Below, piece after piece: positions 45,127-49,223 of a stretch of DNA of 49,223 bases. The translations under genes were made by a program, and so were the position numbers. Positions within the stretch are counted from its first letter, which is position 1; each line of letters starts with the position of its first letter. The notes under the pieces are model-generated. The model saw only the letters and a list, made by a program, of their open reading frames with translations. It did not search any database and was not told where the DNA came from. This DNA comes from a phage, in sequence record NC_103567.1; one strand, written 5' to 3'.

Positions 45127-45485
45127 GAGTATTTGGCCTCAAACAGATAAGCACCGCCAGCGGCTGAAAATCCAACTTCTTCACGATACAGCGTGAAACG
45201 GTCGCCGTTTTCGTCGAACACGTATCCAGCAACAGCACCTAACACGCGGCCTTGTTCGATCTGGTAACGCTTATCGGCTTTGAAAGTTTTCTTGATCTGC
45301 ATGGAGTGGTTTACCCATGTGCATTTAATGGTTTTGGTCTTAACATTTCGGAATGTTAATCCGGTTAAGTTGGCGTGAATCCATTTCCCATCTAACTTAA
45401 CGAAAGTATCATCATTTTCGTCTACCCGCGCTTTGTATAGGCGGTTATCAGATCCGATAAGTTTGATTGATTTGAATTTAGCCAT
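45123..45485 (-). CDS. hypothetical protein
   Basis: 120-aa ORF; AAAGGAGA RBS on the minus strand; motif copy upstream. Confidence 0.6.
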   Translation of the reverse strand: MAKFKSIKLIGSDNRLYKARVDENDDTFVKLDGKWIHANLTGLTFRNVKTKTIKCTWVNHSMQIKKTFKADKRYQIEQGRVLGAVAGYVFDENGDRFTLYREEVGFSAAGGAYLFEAKYS

Positions 45486-45541
45486 TTGATTTATCTCCTT
45501 TTGTTTTCGTTGAAAGCATTATGCCGGATACGTGATCCGGC

Positions 45542-45562
45542 GTTTTAACAAAAAGTGCTATT
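45542..45562 (-). promoter_or_regulatory. 21-bp motif, class I (reverse complement)
   Basis: GTTTTAACAAAAAGTGCTATT on the plus strand. Confidence 0.6.
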
Positions 45563-46253
45563 TCTGATTTGCCAGGCATACAGCAAGCGCAAAGCCGCGC
45601 GGAGTGAGTGAGCGGATCAGCTTTGTTCGCTTAGACTTGCCGCCGAGCTTTTGCCAGCCTGGATTGTTGTTCCCTGTTTGCAATACTGCGTTTGTATCCG
45701 GCATTACAAAGCCGTTACCCGTCCAAAGACAAGTTTTTTTGGTGTACGCATCGCGAGCGGGAATGATTTCAGGAAAGTGAGGATGTTTATCATCTTCCGG
45801 CAACAGACCTCCAAACGCGCAAGGATGAAAGATAAAATCAGGTTGCCGCCACATTGACGACAGAACACTAACAGGATTCTCAATCATGTATGGAACGTTA
45901 AACCGATCCGCAATATTGGCAGCAATCTTTGCCGTTTCAACCGCCTTTTTCTGGAAGTCTGGATCACGTTCACGCTTTGCTGCAAAGTGACGCGATCCGC
46001 TAACAGCTAAATCAGTGCATGGAGGGAATGCAATAATAAAATCTGGAGTGCCAAAGACGCGCATCATTGCGTTATGCTGGAATGATAATCCGATCCACTC
46101 ATTCAAATAAACTATGTTGGGATGAGTCACGCGCACTGATTGGTAATCACCATGATCAGCACCGTCGAAATTAAAGCACAGCACTTTGTGACCACGTTCA
46201 GCCCACGGCAACGCAGCATAACCAGAACCATCAAATAGTGAGAAAATAAGCAT
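45558..46253 (-). CDS. truncated C5-cytosine-methyltransferase-like protein (motifs I, IV, VI present; no recognisable target-recognition domain)
   Basis: 231 aa; SLFDGSGYA (motif I FxGxG-like), FPPCTDLAVSG (motif IV, catalytic Pro-Cys), MIENPVS (motif VI ENV-like), spaced as in C5-MTases. Confidence 0.5.
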   Translation of the reverse strand: MLIFSLFDGSGYAALPWAERGHKVLCFNFDGADHGDYQSVRVTHPNIVYLNEWIGLSFQHNAMMRVFGTPDFIIAFPPCTDLAVSGSRHFAAKRERDPDFQKKAVETAKIAANIADRFNVPYMIENPVSVLSSMWRQPDFIFHPCAFGGLLPEDDKHPHFPEIIPARDAYTKKTCLWTGNGFVMPDTNAVLQTGNNNPGWQKLGGKSKRTKLIRSLTPRGFALAVCLANQK

Positions 46254-46361
46254 GTTTAAATCCTTTCTGTATTACCTTGCAAGGCATTTTGTTTGTAGGT
46301 GTGACAATCGTATTAGTTACGGCCTGAAATCGCGACATAATGCGAAACAGGCCTCTATTTT

Positions 46362-46439
46362 TTACTTACAGAATGGGCATGTTGTTTTATCCCCGCTTCC
46401 GCCGTGTTTTGGACAGCAAATTTTTTCGATAGGTGTCAT
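46362..46439 (-). CDS. 25-aa zinc-ribbon-like micropeptide
   Basis: AAGGAG RBS overlapping the upstream stop; hand translation MTPIEKICCPKHGGSGDKTTCPFCK; coordinates approximate. Confidence 0.35.
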   Translation of the reverse strand: MTPIEKICCPKHGGSGDKTTCPFCK

Positions 46440-46451
46440 TTTAAATACTCC

Positions 46452-46694
46452 TTAGAATGGGAAACAACGCTTGCAAGATGGATCGAAGTTACAACCGCAA
46501 TCATTGATTATTGCGTTAGGATCAGCAAGCATCACGCTACTTTCTTGATCCATATCCATAGCGCCTAATGCGTCATCAAGCGTTATTTCAAGATAGGCAA
46601 CTTTAAGCGCCCATTCCTTGTTGAGTCCAGCCGCCTCCGCTTCATGTAGGCGAGCAAAGAAAGCATCTTGAACCATATCAACCCCACTTCTCAA
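46452..46694 (-). CDS. hypothetical protein with C-terminal Cys cluster
   Basis: 80-aa ORF ending CGCNFDPSCKRCFPF; overlaps the upstream gene. Confidence 0.5.
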   Translation of the reverse strand: MRSGVDMVQDAFFARLHEAEAAGLNKEWALKVAYLEITLDDALGAMDMDQESSVMLADPNAIINDCGCNFDPSCKRCFPF

Positions 46695-46899
46695 TAAACA
46701 TGCTCATTTCGTCAATCATCGCGTAAGCATCGCTTTCAGTCATGCGACGTATTCTTCCGCCTGGGTGTTCGCCAACAGCGTAACCAGTTTTTACGCGGGT
46801 AATCGTTAACTGATGGAATCCAGAATCGCGATCCATTTTCAAAACTACTTTCCCGTGAGCTTTGACAATGTTCATGATGGATTCAGTTTTCAGTTTCAT
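46678..46899 (-). CDS. hypothetical protein
   Basis: 73-aa ORF; GGAGAA RBS on the minus strand; motif copy upstream. Confidence 0.55.
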   Translation of the reverse strand: MKLKTESIMNIVKAHGKVVLKMDRDSGFHQLTITRVKTGYAVGEHPGGRIRRMTESDAYAMIDEMSMFIEKWG

Positions 46900-46953
46900 T
46901 TTTGATTCTCCATTTTGTTTGTGTGAAAGTATGATACCAGTCAGAGCGATATC

Positions 46954-46975
46954 GTTTTTAGCAATTCGTGCTGTT
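46954..46975 (-). promoter_or_regulatory. 21-bp motif, class II variant (reverse complement)
   Basis: GTTTTTAGCAATTCGTGCTGTT on the plus strand. Confidence 0.5.
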
Positions 46976-47121
46976 TACGGCGATAAACGGATAGCCTGTT
47001 AAATCTGCATTTCTATAACGTGCAGACCTAACCCAACAGCCTCCTTTGCTCATAATTAAAGCGTTTTTATGACGCAGGTTCACGCGGTAAATTCTTCCGG
47101 TTTTTATATTTTTGAAGTAGG

Positions 47122-47367
47122 TCATAATTTAACCTCATGATATTCTATGAATTCTTGCACATATGCGCATTCGCGCGGCGACTCTTGGCCTTTTAGCACT
47201 TCACAGCCACTATTAAACAGATAGCAGTGCTGGCAAAGGTTGCCGCCTACGTTTTCCTCAGCGATCTGAATTCCGGTACACAAGCCGCCGCCAAACCTAT
47301 GAACGAAATGATAAGCGGAACACCTGCAATTAATTTGCCTACGCTTTCTTTTTGCCGTGGTTTTCAT
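47122..47367 (-). CDS. hypothetical Cys-rich protein (uncertain)
   Basis: 81-aa ORF with 8 Cys; overlaps the 3-prime end of the HNH gene by about 29 nt. Confidence 0.35.
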   Translation of the reverse strand: MKTTAKRKRRQINCRCSAYHFVHRFGGGLCTGIQIAEENVGGNLCQHCYLFNSGCEVLKGQESPRECAYVQEFIEYHEVKL

Positions 47368-47851
47368 GAAAACCCCTGTTTATTTTTTCTCTCTCAATAG
47401 CCATGCTAGCTAATTCAGGAGAATCAAAAAGACCAATATGGATTTCTTTTCCTTCTACTTTTAATCTTGCTCTCCATTTTTTAGCTACGGAATGCCACGA
47501 AACACCGTTAAACCCTGATTTATTTGCTTTGCAATATGATTGATTTTTACCGTTTTCATTTGCACTAACAAGGCGTAGGTTTTCTATCCTGTTATCAATT
47601 CTGTCGTGGTTTATATGATCAATCTGCATTCCTTCTGGAATTTTGCCATTATGCATTTCCCAAACGATTCGATGCGCAAGATAACTTTTATCATTCAATG
47701 TTATCTCTATGTATCCATCATTTCTAATGCTTCCTGCAACTTTTCCAGCCCACTTTTTATTCCATGCAGAATCTCTATATGATCTTATGTTTGTGCGCGG
47801 CTTTCTTATAAGATTACCGCAATCATATATAAAAAAGTCGTGCCAATTCAT
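47339..47851 (-). CDS. HNH homing endonuclease with AP2-like DNA-binding domain
   Basis: 170 aa; YLAHRIVWEMHNG...DHINHDRIDNRIENLRLVSANEN is an HNH motif; C-terminal FNGVSWHSVAKKWRARLKVEGKEIHIGLF looks like an AP2 domain. Confidence 0.75.
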   Translation of the reverse strand: MNWHDFFIYDCGNLIRKPRTNIRSYRDSAWNKKWAGKVAGSIRNDGYIEITLNDKSYLAHRIVWEMHNGKIPEGMQIDHINHDRIDNRIENLRLVSANENGKNQSYCKANKSGFNGVSWHSVAKKWRARLKVEGKEIHIGLFDSPELASMAIEREKINRGFHENHGKKKA

Positions 47852-47905
47852 TTTAAATTCTCCGGTTCGTTTCGATGAATGTATTATGCCAAAACAAACC
47901 GGATC

Positions 47906-47926
47906 GCTTTTAACAAAAAGTGCTAT
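47906..47926 (-). promoter_or_regulatory. 21-bp motif, class I (reverse complement)
   Basis: CTTTTAACAAAAAGTGCTATT on the plus strand upstream of the HNH gene. Confidence 0.6.
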
Positions 47927-48027
47927 TTAATTAAAATACGAATACCTTTTCGCACGCTTTCCGTCGCCTCCGTAATGGTCATTAGCAACAGCAAGAATCC
48001 AAGCGTTAGGAATAAAAAATAGCTCCA

Positions 48028-48222
48028 TCAATCACTCTCCATGACAATTACAGGCTCAAGGCGCTCAAGCACCACTTTGAAATCGGAGTAAAAAGTAGGG
48101 CGACGTTTTGTTAATTCCTCATATGTATCAGTTGCCAGGCAAGCGCGATCACCTTCATAGCACACAACTCGCTTACCATTTGCGCGACTGATTGCAACGA
48201 CGCGATAAGTATTATTGATCAT
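48028..48222 (-). CDS. hypothetical protein
   Basis: 64-aa ORF overlapping the upstream gene stop. Confidence 0.5.
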   Translation of the reverse strand: MINNTYRVVAISRANGKRVVCYEGDRACLATDTYEELTKRRPTFYSDFKVVLERLEPVIVMESD

Positions 48223-48455
48223 TTCATCACCTCAATTGAATAAATACTTTCAACGCCTGGCGCGTATAACCGCTTTCCATCTTCAGTTATGCAAAGACAA
48301 AGGGCAAGGCCGCGATTGTCTGAAATATGCAAGTCATTTTGTCTATCCATCAAAATTTCATATTCGCGATCTTCATCAAAGCGCCAAACTCTTAACATGC
48401 ACTTTCCAGATGATTTAACTTTTACTTTCTTTCCGATGAAATTTAAACGACTCAT
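48219..48455 (-). CDS. hypothetical protein
   Basis: 78-aa ORF overlapping neighbours in operon-like packing. Confidence 0.5.
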   Translation of the reverse strand: MSRLNFIGKKVKVKSSGKCMLRVWRFDEDREYEILMDRQNDLHISDNRGLALCLCITEDGKRLYAPGVESIYSIEVMK

Positions 48456-48670
48456 TGTGCAGCCTCCACAGTTTCAAATACGGTATTGAATGCCAGAAGT
48501 TTAAATTTCTTGCCTGGCTCAACAACCTGAATATTCCAGGTAATGCCGCCGTGATATGCAACCATATCATCAATATCAACAGTAACCTCAGTACCTTTTT
48601 TGAACAATCCTTTTTCGTGGCTCGCATCGCGTACAGTAACCACAGTTTCGAATTGAGTTTGAATTTCCAT
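48452..48670 (-). CDS. hypothetical protein
   Basis: 72-aa ORF; AGGAG RBS on the minus strand; motif copy upstream. Confidence 0.6.
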   Translation of the reverse strand: MEIQTQFETVVTVRDASHEKGLFKKGTEVTVDIDDMVAYHGGITWNIQVVEPGKKFKLLAFNTVFETVEAAQ

Positions 48671-48724
48671 CGTTAATCTCCTGATTGGTTTCGATGGGGC
48701 AACTATATCAAGATACCCCGATCC

Positions 48725-48746
48725 TTTTTTAGCAATTCGTGCTATT
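48725..48746 (-). promoter_or_regulatory. 21-bp motif, class II (reverse complement)
   Basis: TTTTTTAGCAATTCGTGCTATT on the plus strand. Confidence 0.6.
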
Positions 48747-49029
48747 AGCCAAACGCTTTAATTTCGAAATCTTCTTCTGCCTGATTAGCAACCGCCGTGA
48801 ACATTTGCTCAAGAGTTTCAAAGCCGAAATGTTTAGCGATCTCATAAGCCGCTTTACCTTCCGTCTGCATGTTTAGCGCTTCGCAATAGTGCATTTCCAG
48901 ATTGTTCAGGTATTTGTTGCCAGTTGGGATTGCTGCGTCGATTTTGTCCCACACGATCCAAAAGTTTGTTTTGTCAGCCGCTGCGAGTACAAAGTTTGTC
49001 TTGTCTACTGCAATCACTAAGTTTTCCAT
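48745..49029 (-). CDS. hypothetical protein with internal short duplication
   Basis: ORF track 48745-49065; likely start at internal ATG 49029 with GAGGA RBS; contains VIAVDKTNFVLAAADKTNFWIVW. Confidence 0.55.
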   Translation of the reverse strand: MENLVIAVDKTNFVLAAADKTNFWIVWDKIDAAIPTGNKYLNNLEMHYCEALNMQTEGKAAYEIAKHFGFETLEQMFTAVANQAEEDFEIKAFG

Positions 49030-49062
49030 CGTGTAATCCTCAGTTCGTTTCGTTGAGGTAAT

Positions 49063-49080
49063 CATAGCAATTCGTGACTG
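49063..49080 (-). promoter_or_regulatory. 21-bp motif, degenerate class II copy, in tandem with the next copy
   Basis: CATAGCAATTCGTGACTG on the plus strand. Confidence 0.4.
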
Positions 49081-49084
49081 ATTG

Positions 49085-49105
49085 GTTTTAACAAAAAGTG
49101 CTATT
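49085..49105 (-). promoter_or_regulatory. 21-bp motif, class I (reverse complement)
   Basis: GTTTTAACAAAAAGTGCTATT on the plus strand; outermost leftward promoter candidate. Confidence 0.6.
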
Positions 49106-49223
49106 CATGCAGTATCAGCAAAATTACCAACGTTCATCTTAACGAACAATCAGTTCGACGTATCGACCAGGCTCATGATCCTGTTATGTGATCGTTATAT
49201 GATCAGATGATGATTGATGTGTG

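Noticed and set aside
1621-49105. Possibility that the repeated 21-bp motif is a CRISPR array or a terminal-repeat array
   Set aside because: Copies are dispersed one per intergenic region across 47 kb, not spaced regularly with unique spacers, and are oriented with genes; this fits promoters or regulatory sites, not CRISPR
1-49223. Lysogeny module (integrase, CI-like repressor, attachment site)
   Set aside because: No ORF showed tyrosine or serine recombinase hallmarks or a repressor-antirepressor pair; the gene content and lysis cassette fit a virulent T1-like phage
1-49223. tRNA or other canonical RNA genes
   Set aside because: No region showed a convincing cloverleaf with a GTTCRANYC T-loop by eye. 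A proper covariance-model scan was not possible and would be needed for certainty

Overview
The window looks like a complete or near-complete ~49.2-kb genome of a virulent T1-like (Drexlerviridae-type) siphophage of an enterobacterial host, opened inside an AT-rich control region. All calls come from reading the sequence and the ORF track; no database search was run, so family names are recognition-based inferences. Layout: (i) 588-8505, a rightward early region of many small genes, including a HAD phosphatase, a dNMP-kinase-like P-loop kinase and several tiny membrane peptides; (ii) 8594-28517, the late morphogenesis block (terminase small and large subunits, portal, head morphogenesis, scaffold, two paralogous head proteins, major capsid, connector proteins, tail tube, chaperone with -1 frameshift, tape measure, lambda M/L/K/I/J-like tip proteins); (iii) 28978-31574, an early recombination module (PD-(D/E)xK exonuclease, Erf-like annealase, SSB); (iv) 31608-35735, minus-strand tail fibre, primase and an HTH protein; (v) 35824-42402, helicase, VRR-NUC, lipoprotein, Dam methyltransferase, HTH-metallophosphoesterase and a pinholin / SAR-endolysin / unimolecular-spanin lysis cassette; (vi) 42416-49029, a leftward early region of small genes including a P-loop ATPase, a truncated C5-methyltransferase-like protein and an HNH-AP2 homing endonuclease. 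No integrase, repressor, tRNA or CRISPR array was seen. The most striking unexplained signal is a dispersed 21-bp motif (AATAGCAC-TTTTTG or GAATTG-YTAAAAC), at least 18 copies, almost always oriented with the downstream gene and followed about 20 bp later by a -10-like hexamer inside a GC-rich inverted repeat. Coordinates of elements not in the ORF track (small ORFs, motifs, hairpins) are hand-counted and may be off by 1-3 nt.
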